Of a stretch of DNA of 37,673 nt, positions 1 through 8,739 are shown in pieces. The stretch spans positions 1 to 37,673 of the forward strand of contig JBGPXN010000028.1 in assembly GCA_041492755.1 (NCBI GenBank), given 5' to 3'. A program made the position numbers and the translations under genes. The notes beneath the pieces were generated by a model. It was not told where the DNA came from. It made no database searches and saw nothing but the letters and a program-made list of their open reading frames with translations. This DNA comes from Candidatus Methylomirabilia bacterium (GTDB lineage Bacteria; Methylomirabilota; Methylomirabilia; Rokubacteriales; CSP1-6). Each line of letters begins with the position of its first letter. The stretch's first letter is position 1.

Positions 1-260
1 CGCACGACAGCCCCGCCCTCGATCCTGTTCTCACAGATCTCCATGACGCTCAGGACGCCGTCCACGCCACCCGCACCGTTCGAGCTGTCGACGACGTTGT
101 CGTGCACGCGCACGTCGCCTCCGATGTCTGCGGATTCGATGGGAATTGCGCAGTGTGAACGTGCGCTGCTTCCAACGACAGAGACTTGTACCGCGCCGTG
201 CCGGCGGTCGGCGCGTTCGGACGACGGCGAGTCCGCCGCGACTGGCGCCGCGGCCAGTGC
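1..260 (-). CDS. Possible partial secreted protein (beta-helix-like repeats), runs off the window edge; start unclear
   Basis: Open minus frame read by hand: GALAAAPVAADSPSS...IGGDVRVHDNVVD...ICENRIEGGAVV to position 1. No in-frame start; the nearby ATG (265) is out of frame across a G run, so an indel is possible. Confidence 0.3.
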
Positions 261-311
261 CCCATGAGATCGCCGTGGGTGTGCTAGCGTGAGTCTCCCG
301 GGAGGCGCCTC

Positions 312-2357
312 TTGCAGATCGGCGTGGACATCGGCGGTACCTTCACCGACATTGTGGCCCTCGACCGTGGGGGGCGGCTGACGCTCACCAAGGTTTCCAG
401 CACCCCCAAGAACCTGCTCGACGGCATCGGCGCCGCGGTTCAGCGGGTCCTGGCCCTCGCCGGCGCCACACCTGCCGAGGTCGAACGCTTCATCCATGGC
501 ACGACCGTCGCCACCAACGCCATCCTCGAGCAGAAGGGCGCCCTGACCGCGCTGCTGATGACGGAAGGCTTCGAGGACGTGCTGGAGCTCGGCCGCCAGA
601 AACGCTCCCGGATGTACGACCTCTACATGGACCCGGAGACGCCGATCTTCCTGGCCCCGCGGCGGCGGCGCCGTGGCATCCGTGAGCGCCTCGACGCCCG
701 CGGCACCGTCCTCACCCCACTCGACGAAGATCGCGTGCGGACCGCCGTCGGCGAGCTCCGTCAGCAAGGCGTGCAGGCCGTCGCCGTCTGCTACCTTTTC
801 TCGTTCGTCAATCCCGCCCACGAGCGACGCACGCGCGAGATCATCCGCGAGGTCGCGCCGGAGGTCAGCGTGTCGCTCTCCTGCGAGGTCGACCCGACCT
901 TCCGCGAGTACGAGCGCACGTGCGTGACCGCGTTCGACGCCTACCTGGGCCCGGTGGTGAAGCGCTACCTCGCGGGGCTTGCCGACACGCTGCGCGATCT
1001 CGGCGTGAGCGCGCCACCGCTCATCATGCGCTCGCGCGGCGGCATCGTCTCCGCCGCGCTTGCCGCCGAGCAGCCGGTGACGTTGTTCCTCTCCGGACCG
1101 GCAGGCGGCGTCATCGGCGCGAAGTTCGCGGCGGAGCGCTCCGGCGTGTTCGATTTCGTCTCGCTCGACATGGGTGGCACCAGCAACGACGTGGCGGTGG
1201 TGCGCGGTGGTGAGCCGCTCATCACGAGCGAGGGGATGATCGGCACGTACCCGGTGCGCACGCCCATGGTGGACGTGAGCACGATCGGGGCGGGCGGCGG
1301 GAGCATCGCGTGGATCGACGCGGCGGGCGGGCTGCGCGTGGGGCCGCAGAGCGCGGGCGCCGAGCCGGGCCCCGCGTGCTACGGGCGCGGCGGCGAGGCG
1401 GCGACGGTGACGGACGCGAGCCTCGCCCTCGGCTATCTGAATCCCGAGCGCTTCGCCGGTGGGCTGATGACGCTCGACGCGGGCGCGGCGGAGAAGGCAC
1501 TCGCGGCGATCGGCGCTCAGCTCGGCCTCGATGCCGTGGCCACGGCGGCGGGCATCCATCGCGTGATCAACGCGCGCATGGCCGACCAGATCCGCCTCGT
1601 CACCATCAAGCGCGGCTACGATCCACGCACCTTTTCGCTCGTCGTCCTCGGCGGCGCGGGGCCGGTGCACGGCGTGCCGCTCGCCGAGGAGATGGGCATG
1701 GCTGAGGTGATCGTGCCCGAGGCGCCGGGCGTGCTCGCCGCCTTCGGCCTCCTCGCCGCGGCCATCGAGCATCACCACGCGCGTACCCTCCACTCGCGCG
1801 CCGACACCGTCGACCTGACGTCGGTCAATTGCTGCCTGGCCGAGCTGGACGCGGCCGGACGCGCGCGCATGGGGGAGGAGGGCGTGCCGCCGGGCGAGGT
1901 GCGCGTCGCCTACTCGGCGGACATGCGGTACGTGGGCCAGGCCTACGAGCTCGAGGTGCCGATCGCGGTGCCCGTGGCGCTCGGGCGGATGCCGGAGATC
2001 CTGAGCGCGTTCCACGCCGTGCACGAGCGCGTCTACGGCTACGCGCGAACGCAACAGCCGGTGGAGTTCGTCAACTTCCGCGCCGTGCACACGTTTCCCC
2101 TGCCCCGCCCGAGGCTGCGACCAACGGCGCGCGGCGGCGGTTCGATCGACGATGCGCGCCTGGGCACGCGCCGCGCCTGGTTCTCGGGTCACGCCTTCGT
2201 CGGGACGGCGATCTACGATCGCGGGCGGTTGCCGATCGGCGCGCGGGTCGTCGGCCCGGCCATCATCGAACAGCTCGACACGACGACGGTGCTGCCGCCG
2301 GGGCAGGCGGCGGTGGTCGACGTATCTGGTAACCTGCGGCTGCGGAGGACGGCATGA
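312..2357 (+). CDS. hyuA: Hydantoinase/5-oxoprolinase family, A (ATP-binding) subunit
   Basis: GVDIGGTFTD, HGTTVATNA, SGPAGG, DMGGTS and GAGGGS motifs; GGAGG RBS before the TTG start. Confidence 0.93.
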   Translation: MQIGVDIGGTFTDIVALDRGGRLTLTKVSSTPKNLLDGIGAAVQRVLALAGATPAEVERFIHGTTVATNAILEQKGALTALLMTEGFEDVLELGRQKRSRMYDLYMDPETPIFLAPRRRRRGIRERLDARGTVLTPLDEDRVRTAVGELRQQGVQAVAVCYLFSFVNPAHERRTREIIREVAPEVSVSLSCEVDPTFREYERTCVTAFDAYLGPVVKRYLAGLADTLRDLGVSAPPLIMRSRGGIVSAALAAEQPVTLFLSGPAGGVIGAKFAAERSGVFDFVSLDMGGTSNDVAVVRGGEPLITSEGMIGTYPVRTPMVDVSTIGAGGGSIAWIDAAGGLRVGPQSAGAEPGPACYGRGGEAATVTDASLALGYLNPERFAGGLMTLDAGAAEKALAAIGAQLGLDAVATAAGIHRVINARMADQIRLVTIKRGYDPRTFSLVVLGGAGPVHGVPLAEEMGMAEVIVPEAPGVLAAFGLLAAAIEHHHARTLHSRADTVDLTSVNCCLAELDAAGRARMGEEGVPPGEVRVAYSADMRYVGQAYELEVPIAVPVALGRMPEILSAFHAVHERVYGYARTQQPVEFVNFRAVHTFPLPRPRLRPTARGGGSIDDARLGTRRAWFSGHAFVGTAIYDRGRLPIGARVVGPAIIEQLDTTTVLPPGQAAVVDVSGNLRLRRTA

Positions 2358-4054
2358 GCGTGGTCACGATCGATCCGATCCTGCTCGAGGTGCTGCGCAA
2401 CCGGCTCGACGCGATCGCCGACGAGATGGAGCTGACGCTCCTCAAGAGCGCGGCCTCGCCCATCGTGAAGGAAGGCCTCGACGCCTCCGCCGCCCTCTTC
2501 AACGTGGACGGCGAAACGGTGGCCCAGGCCGCCGCCATCCCCATCCACCTCGGCGCGCTGCAGTTCGCCGCCCAGCGCATCGTCCGCGCGTTCCCGCCCG
2601 AGAAGATGGAGGACGGCGACGCGTTCCTGCTCAATGACCCCTACGACGGCGGCACGCACCTGCCCGACATCACGCTGGCCGTGCCCGTCTTCGTCGACGG
2701 CCGCGCTGTCGCGCTGGCGTGCACGATGTGCCATCACCAGGACGTGGGCGGCCGCACGCCGGGCAGCGTCCCCACCGACGCCACCGAGCTCTACCAGGAA
2801 GGCCTGATCATCCCGCCCACCCAGCTCTTCCGCGCCGGCGTCCTCGACGAGAACCTCCTGGCACTGCTCACGCGCAACGTGCGTCTGCCCGACGTGTTCA
2901 CGGGCGACCTCATGGCCCAGGTGGCGGCGGGACGTCTCGGGGGTCTGCGCCTGCGCGAGCTGTTCGCCGTGCACGGCACCGACTCCGTGCTCGCGTACAT
3001 CGAGGAGCTGCTCGCGCGCGGCGAGCGGCTCACACGGGCTCAGATCGAGACCATCCCTGACGGCGACTACGCCTTCGAGGACTACCTCGACGACGACGGC
3101 GTCGATCTCGGCAAGCGCGTGAAGATCGCGGTGACCTTGCGGGTGCGCGGCTCGTCGATGACCTTCGACTTCACCGGCACCGATCGCCAGGTCCGCGGCC
3201 CCTTCAACTCCGTCCCCGCCTCGACAATGTCCGCCGTCTTCTACGCGGTCCGCGCGATCTCCGACGCGTCCATCCCGAACAACGGCGGCTGCTTCCGCGC
3301 CGTGGACGCCGTGCTGCCCGAGGGCACGATCGTCAACCCGCGCCCGCCCGCGCCCGTGAGCTGCCGGACCGCGACCATCAAGCGCATCGCCGACACCATC
3401 CTCGGCGCGCTCGTCCGCGCCCTGCCCGGCCGCATGCCCGCCGCCAACTCCGGCACGCTGCTGGTGATGGCCTTCAGCGGCATCGATCCCGCGACGGGTA
3501 AGCCGTTCGTGGCCAGCGAGCTGGCCGCCGGCGGCATGGGGGCCCGTCCCAACAAGGACGGCATCGACTGCATCGAGACCGACGTCTCGAACTGCATGAA
3601 CATCCCGGTGGAATCGGTGGAGATGAACTTTCCCCTGCGGATTCCGCGCATGCGACTGTGGGCGGACTCGGGCGGCGCCGGCCGGTGGCGCGGGGGGCTC
3701 GGGCTCGAGAAGGTGTACGAGGCGACGACGACCGACGTCACGATCTCGCATCGCGGTGAGCGATTCTCCTCGGCGCCGTGGGGACTGGAGGGCGGCGCCC
3801 CCGGCAAGTCGGGGCGCGCGTTCATCGTGCGTGGCGACGGCACGCGCGAGGAGCTGCCGTCGAAGAAGATGATCGTGCTGCACCCGGGCGATCAGCTGTG
3901 GGAGTACATCGCGGGAGGCGCGGGGTTCGGGGATCCCCGGGCGCGGGGTGCGGACCTGGTGCTCGCGGACGTCGAGGACGGCAAGATCAGCCGCGCGGCC
4001 GCCACCGAGACGTACGGCGTGGCCACCGCCCAGCCGCCACCGGCGCCCCGGTAA
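2354..4054 (+). CDS. hyuB: Hydantoinase B/oxoprolinase subunit
   Basis: NDPYDGGTHLPD, HHQDVGG, DSGGAGRWRGG and GGAGFGDP motifs; ATGA overlap with the A subunit. Confidence 0.93.
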   Translation: MSVVTIDPILLEVLRNRLDAIADEMELTLLKSAASPIVKEGLDASAALFNVDGETVAQAAAIPIHLGALQFAAQRIVRAFPPEKMEDGDAFLLNDPYDGGTHLPDITLAVPVFVDGRAVALACTMCHHQDVGGRTPGSVPTDATELYQEGLIIPPTQLFRAGVLDENLLALLTRNVRLPDVFTGDLMAQVAAGRLGGLRLRELFAVHGTDSVLAYIEELLARGERLTRAQIETIPDGDYAFEDYLDDDGVDLGKRVKIAVTLRVRGSSMTFDFTGTDRQVRGPFNSVPASTMSAVFYAVRAISDASIPNNGGCFRAVDAVLPEGTIVNPRPPAPVSCRTATIKRIADTILGALVRALPGRMPAANSGTLLVMAFSGIDPATGKPFVASELAAGGMGARPNKDGIDCIETDVSNCMNIPVESVEMNFPLRIPRMRLWADSGGAGRWRGGLGLEKVYEATTTDVTISHRGERFSSAPWGLEGGAPGKSGRAFIVRGDGTREELPSKKMIVLHPGDQLWEYIAGGAGFGDPRARGADLVLADVEDGKISRAAATETYGVATAQPPPAPR

Positions 4055-4068
4055 CCCGTCGGCTCCGG

Positions 4069-5277
4069 TCAGCTCGACCGAAGCGCCGTTCTCAGCGGCC
4101 GTCCCAGGTTGCCGCGGGGTACGACGGTGACTCCGTCGAGATCGAGCCATCGCGCCACGTCCGCCACCTCGGCCGCGAGCGCCGATACCACCCGACTCGA
4201 GTCCACCCCGGGCTCCGCATGCGCGGCCTGCACCCGGAGCACGCGGGCCTGGCGGTCCGCCTTCAGGTCGACTCGGGCGACAAGTCGGTCGCCGAGGAGA
4301 AACGGCAGGACGTAGTAGCCGTGGGTGCGCTCGGCCATCGGTGTGTAGATCGAGATCCGGTAGTGGAATCCGAACAGGCGCTCCGCGCGCTGGCGCTCCC
4401 AGATCAGGGAATCGAAGGGCGACAGCAGCGCCCGTGCCTCCACGCGGCGGGGCACCCGGGCCCTCGCATGCAGGTACGCCGGCGACGTCCACCCCTCGAC
4501 CTGGACCGCGCGCAGCTCACCGGCGTCCACCAGCTCCGCGATGCGCCGGCGCGTCTCGACGACGCCCATTCGAAAGTAGTCCTTCAGATCCCGCTCGGTC
4601 GCCACGCCCAGCGCCCCGGCCGCGCGCCGGATCAGCGCGCGCTGCGCCTCGTCCTCCGGCGGGGTGGGCATGGCGAGCACCGCCGGAGGAAGCGCGCGCT
4701 CGGGCAGATCGTAGACGCGCTCGAACTGACGGCGGGTCGCCGTCGTCAACCGGCCGGTCCAGAACAGCCATTCCATCGCCCGCTTGCCGTCGCTCCAGCC
4801 CCACCACGGGCCCCGCGCGCGGCCGCCGCTCCGCAGCTCCGAGGCGGCCAGGGGTCCGCGGTCCGCGACCTCGGCCAGGATCGCGTCGATGAAGACCTTG
4901 CGACGCCGACTCCACCGCGCGAGGTCGTGATAGGTCCCGATGCCCTGCTCGGCCCGCGCCATGCGCCAGCGGAAGAGCGGGTGCAGCGCGATGGGCAAGA
5001 GCGACGCCTCGTGCGCCCAGTACTCGAACATCCTCCGGCGCCGACCAGCGTAGGCCACGCGGTCGAGGAGGTCGCGATCGTAGGGGCCGAGGCGGGAGAA
5101 CAGCGGCAGATAGTGCGCGCGCACGAGCACGTTGACGGAGTCGATCTGCAGCAGCCCCAGCCGCTCGACCGTGCGGAGGAGCGCGGGCGACCGCGGCCGG
5201 CCATCACGACGGGCTCCCTCGAAGCCCTGGGCAGCCAGGGCGATCCTGCGCGCTTCGGCCGCGGAGAGCGTGTCGAT
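4069..5277 (-). CDS. ycaQ: YcaQ/AlkZ-family (HTH_42) interstrand crosslink-repair DNA glycosylase
   Basis: LQIDSVNVLVRAH (catalytic QxD), FEYWAHEAS, LLSPFDSLIWER and GYYVLPFL motifs. The frame extends upstream of the track start (5130) to ATC at 5277, giving (I/M)DTLSAAEARRIALAAQGF. Confidence 0.88.
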   Translation of the reverse strand: MDTLSAAEARRIALAAQGFEGARRDGRPRSPALLRTVERLGLLQIDSVNVLVRAHYLPLFSRLGPYDRDLLDRVAYAGRRRRMFEYWAHEASLLPIALHPLFRWRMARAEQGIGTYHDLARWSRRRKVFIDAILAEVADRGPLAASELRSGGRARGPWWGWSDGKRAMEWLFWTGRLTTATRRQFERVYDLPERALPPAVLAMPTPPEDEAQRALIRRAAGALGVATERDLKDYFRMGVVETRRRIAELVDAGELRAVQVEGWTSPAYLHARARVPRRVEARALLSPFDSLIWERQRAERLFGFHYRISIYTPMAERTHGYYVLPFLLGDRLVARVDLKADRQARVLRVQAAHAEPGVDSSRVVSALAAEVADVARWLDLDGVTVVPRGNLGRPLRTALRSS

Positions 5278-5283
5278 CCGGTG

Positions 5284-5313
5284 ACGCTACGCCGAATGCT
5301 CCGGCCGCGTCAA
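5284..5313 (-). promoter_or_regulatory. Candidate sigma70 promoter for the ycaQ-like gene
   Basis: TTGACG-18 nt-TAGCGT on the minus strand, ending 6 nt before the ATC at 5277. Confidence 0.5.
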
Positions 5314-5411
5314 CGCGATCGAGATCGCTCACCCTTTCGGCGCACCTTCGCCGGGGGTGGTCTCGCCAAAAACGCTCCCGGGCGACGAGACCGCTCCGTT
5401 ACAGTGAACCG

Positions 5412-6836
5412 GTGAACGATGCCGCGCGGAGGACAGAGGTGAGAGGTCAACGCGGGCCGCAGCGGCGCTTGCATTTCTCGGGAGTCGCGGGCGCCGGCAT
5501 GAATACGCTGGCCCAGCTCATGGCGGCGTGGGGACACGACGTCCAGGGCTCGGATCGCGCGTTCGATATCGGAGCGCAGACAGGGCTGGCCGCCAAGCTC
5601 CGCGGCCTCGGGATCGAGCTGCGCCCTCATGATGGAGCGGCGATCGTCCCGGGAATCGATACCCTGATCTTCTCGGGCGCCGTGGAAGCGGATACGCCCG
5701 AGCTCCGTGCCGCCCGGGAACTGGGGATCGAGACCATACCGCGGGCGACGCTGCTGGCCGACGTCGTCAATGGAGGCAGTCCGAGCGTGGCGGTGGCGGG
5801 AACGAGCGGGAAGACCACGGTCACCGCGATGGTGGGCTGGATACTGCGTCGGGCCGGGATTCCGGCAACGGTGCTCGGGGGAAGCGCCGTGCTCGGCGAG
5901 GGGCCGGGTGGCTGCTTCGCCGCCGGCCCGATCGGCGGCCCGGTCGTGGCGGAAGCCGATGAATCCGACGGCACGCTCGTCGGATACCGGCCCGATATCG
6001 GTGTCGTGCTCAACGTCAGCCGCGATCACACGAGCCTGAGCGAGCTGCACGCTCAGTTCGCTCGGTTCCTGGACAACTCGAGGACGCCACTGGTCAACCG
6101 GGCCTGTCCGGAAGCGAGTCGGCTGACGGGCAGATCCGACCTGCGAACCTTCGGGAACGACTCGAGCGCCGATATCCCGCTCACGATCGTGGATGTCCTA
6201 CCGGATCGGACGGCGGGCGTGGTTGGCTTCGAACACGGCAGTATCAGGATCGATCTTCCGCTCCCGGGCCTGCACAATCTCGAAAACGCCAGTGCGGCAG
6301 CGGCGATAGCCACCACGTTGGGCGTGACGCCCGAGGTGATACGACAGGCGCTCTCGGATTTCCCGGGTGTCGAGCGTCGCTTCGAAGTGGTTGGGGTCAC
6401 GGCCACGAAGATCCGGGTGGTCGACGACTACGCGCACAACGCCGCCAAGATCGCGGCCACGATCGCGGCGGCGCAGACGGGCAGCGAACGAGTGATCGCG
6501 GTGTTCCAGCCCCACGGATTCGGCCCGGCCAGATCACTGCGACCCGAGCTGCGCGCGCTGCTGCCCGAGATCCTGCGCCGGCGAGACCGGTTCTGTTACG
6601 CCGAGATCTATTACGGCGGGGGGTCGGTCGTGCGCGATATCTCCAGTCGGATCCTCGCGGAGGACCTCGCGTCGCTCGACTGCGGCTACGCACCCGACCA
6701 CGAGGCCGTCAGGAAGTGGGTGGCGGACGCCGCCGGCCCGGGTGACACGGTGCTGGTCATGGGCGCCCGGGACCCACATCTTCCCGACCTGGCGCGGTCC
6801 ATCTATGACGACCTTACCCAGACCGCCAGAGACTGA
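5412..6836 (+). CDS. MurC/Mpl-like Mur ligase paralog (UDP-MurNAc ligase family)
   Basis: HFSGVAGAGM, GSD, VAGTSGKTT, EADESDG, GVERRFE, DDYAHN and VFQPH motifs; not in a dcw cluster. Confidence 0.85.
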   Translation: MNDAARRTEVRGQRGPQRRLHFSGVAGAGMNTLAQLMAAWGHDVQGSDRAFDIGAQTGLAAKLRGLGIELRPHDGAAIVPGIDTLIFSGAVEADTPELRAARELGIETIPRATLLADVVNGGSPSVAVAGTSGKTTVTAMVGWILRRAGIPATVLGGSAVLGEGPGGCFAAGPIGGPVVAEADESDGTLVGYRPDIGVVLNVSRDHTSLSELHAQFARFLDNSRTPLVNRACPEASRLTGRSDLRTFGNDSSADIPLTIVDVLPDRTAGVVGFEHGSIRIDLPLPGLHNLENASAAAAIATTLGVTPEVIRQALSDFPGVERRFEVVGVTATKIRVVDDYAHNAAKIAATIAAAQTGSERVIAVFQPHGFGPARSLRPELRALLPEILRRRDRFCYAEIYYGGGSVVRDISSRILAEDLASLDCGYAPDHEAVRKWVADAAGPGDTVLVMGARDPHLPDLARSIYDDLTQTARD

Positions 6837-6933
6837 TCGAGAAGATCGGCCGTCGTTCCCCCAACCGGGAAGAGTCGTGCTGCAATCCGGCACCACTGTC
6901 CAGTATCATCCCCTTACCCAGGAGGGCACGGCC

Positions 6934-7902
6934 ATGGCGATTCAGATGACGGAAACACCCAGCGGTTTGACCGGGTATCTCGAGGGCCTCCGCGCGGCCG
7001 GTCTGGACGCCCCGTGGACCCGCCCGGGCCCGCTCATCCAGGAGAAAGCGACCAAGGTTCAGGCGAAATCGTGGCGCTGGGCCGACATCGAGCCGCTGGT
7101 GCGGCGCAGCCCGGAATTCATGAAGCCCGGGCGCGGCGCCGAGCGCCGGGTCATCCGCCTCGACAATCCCGGCGTCCCCGAGCGCACCAGCACGCACACG
7201 ATCTCGACGGCCGTCCAGTACCTGCTGCCCGGCGAAATCGCGCCGGCCCACCGCCACACGCCCAACGCCCTGCGCTTCATGCTCCACGGGGAAGGCGCCT
7301 TCACGACCGTCGAAGGCGCGAAGTGCGTCATGCGGCGCGGCGACGTGGTGCTGACGCCGACCATGACGTGGCACGACCACGGCAACGAGGGCCGCGAGCC
7401 CGTGATCTGGATGGATGGCCTCGACTCGCCCGTGGTCCGCTACCTCGAGAACCTCTTCGGTGAGCCGTACGCGAAAGAACAGCAGCCCACGGGCGGTGAC
7501 GCCGCCCGGGTGTGGTTTCGGTGGCACGAGTGGCACGCGAAGCTGCTCGAGCAGGCCAAGGGCGAGGCCGACCCGTACGACGACGTGATCATCGAGTATC
7601 GCGACCCCGTCACGGGCCAGTCGCTCCTGCCGACCATCGGCTGCTTTCTGCAGATGCTGCGTCCGGGCGTCCGGACGCGAGCGCACCGGGAAAGCTCGAG
7701 CGCGGTGTACCACGTCGTCGAGGGACGGGGAGCCACCATCATCGACGACGTTCGTTACGACTGGGGCCCACAAGATTTCGTCGCCATCCCACCCCGCGCG
7801 TCTCACCGCCACCTCAACGAAGGCAGTGCGCCGGCGATCCTCTTCTCCTTCCAGGACGTGCCATTGCTGAAAGCGCTCGGCCACTACCGCATGGACGCGT
7901 GA
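6934..7902 (+). CDS. Gentisate 1,2-dioxygenase-like bicupin
   Basis: AERRVIRLDNPG, APAHRHT, WHDHGN and WMDGLD motifs; GGAGGG RBS before the ATG at 6934. Confidence 0.85.
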   Translation: MAIQMTETPSGLTGYLEGLRAAGLDAPWTRPGPLIQEKATKVQAKSWRWADIEPLVRRSPEFMKPGRGAERRVIRLDNPGVPERTSTHTISTAVQYLLPGEIAPAHRHTPNALRFMLHGEGAFTTVEGAKCVMRRGDVVLTPTMTWHDHGNEGREPVIWMDGLDSPVVRYLENLFGEPYAKEQQPTGGDAARVWFRWHEWHAKLLEQAKGEADPYDDVIIEYRDPVTGQSLLPTIGCFLQMLRPGVRTRAHRESSSAVYHVVEGRGATIIDDVRYDWGPQDFVAIPPRASHRHLNEGSAPAILFSFQDVPLLKALGHYRMDA

Positions 7903-8023
7903 TGGAGCGGCGACCGGGTCCGGTTCGCCGACGGCAAGCGCAAGTTCCCCACCCCCCGTGGAACCAACGGTAGGGTTTTGGTGTATAAAGGAGTCGATTT
8001 CCGACCCCCCGAAGGAGAACGAC

Positions 8024-8626
8024 ATGGCTCAGCTCAAGATCAACCTCGACGCCCAGCGCTTCGCCACCGGCTTTTCGTGGAAAGACTACATGGCCCAGAT
8101 GGGCGACACGCGCGCCCGCACCGAGGAAAACTACGCGAAATCGGCCCTGACCGACGACGAGCGGAAGTTCTTCGGCACCGTCACCGGCGCCCGCTACGCG
8201 ATGATGCTGGCTGAGAACTGGTGCGGCGACGTGCATCGCAACTCGCCCCTGATCGCCCACGTCTGCGAGGCCATTCCGGGCTGCGAGCTGAAGGTGTTCA
8301 TCCGCGACAAGGAAGCCGACCTGCGCGACGCCTATCTCAACAACGGCTACCAGTCGATTCCGGTCGTCGTCTTCTTCGACAAGGACTGGAACGAGATCGG
8401 CCGCTGGATCGAGCGCGCGCACGCCGCGACCGCCAAGGCCGTCGGCATCCGCGCCAACACCACCGACAAGGCCGGGCCGGACAAGGAGAAGCAGGACGCC
8501 GCCATGGCCGAGATGCGCAAGCAGGTCCAGGACGCCTACATGGCGCCCGGTATGCCTCTCTGGCGCGCTGCCGCCAACGAGATCAAGCTGGTCCTCGAGA
8601 CGGGGCTGCGGATGGCCAAGAAGTAG
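8024..8626 (+). CDS. Thioredoxin-fold protein (WCGD monothiol type)
   Basis: ENWCGD, SIPVVVF and EIGRWIER motifs; AAGGAG RBS. Confidence 0.8.
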   Translation: MAQLKINLDAQRFATGFSWKDYMAQMGDTRARTEENYAKSALTDDERKFFGTVTGARYAMMLAENWCGDVHRNSPLIAHVCEAIPGCELKVFIRDKEADLRDAYLNNGYQSIPVVVFFDKDWNEIGRWIERAHAATAKAVGIRANTTDKAGPDKEKQDAAMAEMRKQVQDAYMAPGMPLWRAAANEIKLVLETGLRMAKK

Positions 8627-8639
8627 CTTCAGCCTGAAA

Positions 8640-8680
8640 TCGGCGCCCGTGGCGGCCGTTTTCGACCCCACGGGCGCCGA
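8640..8680. terminator. Hairpin between convergent genes, probable terminator
   Basis: 13-bp perfect inverted repeat TCGGCGCCCGTGG (8640-8652) / CCACGGGCGCCGA (8668-8680); no strong U tract. Confidence 0.55.
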
Positions 8681-8739
8681 ACTCTCCCCGCACCCACAAC
8701 ACCCCCGAAGCATTCGCGGGATGGCTGCGCCGCGGGCGA

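Noticed and set aside
2213..5415. 759-aa and 545-aa alternative ORFs
   Set aside because: Antisense or shifted shadows of hyuB and ycaQ with no motifs.
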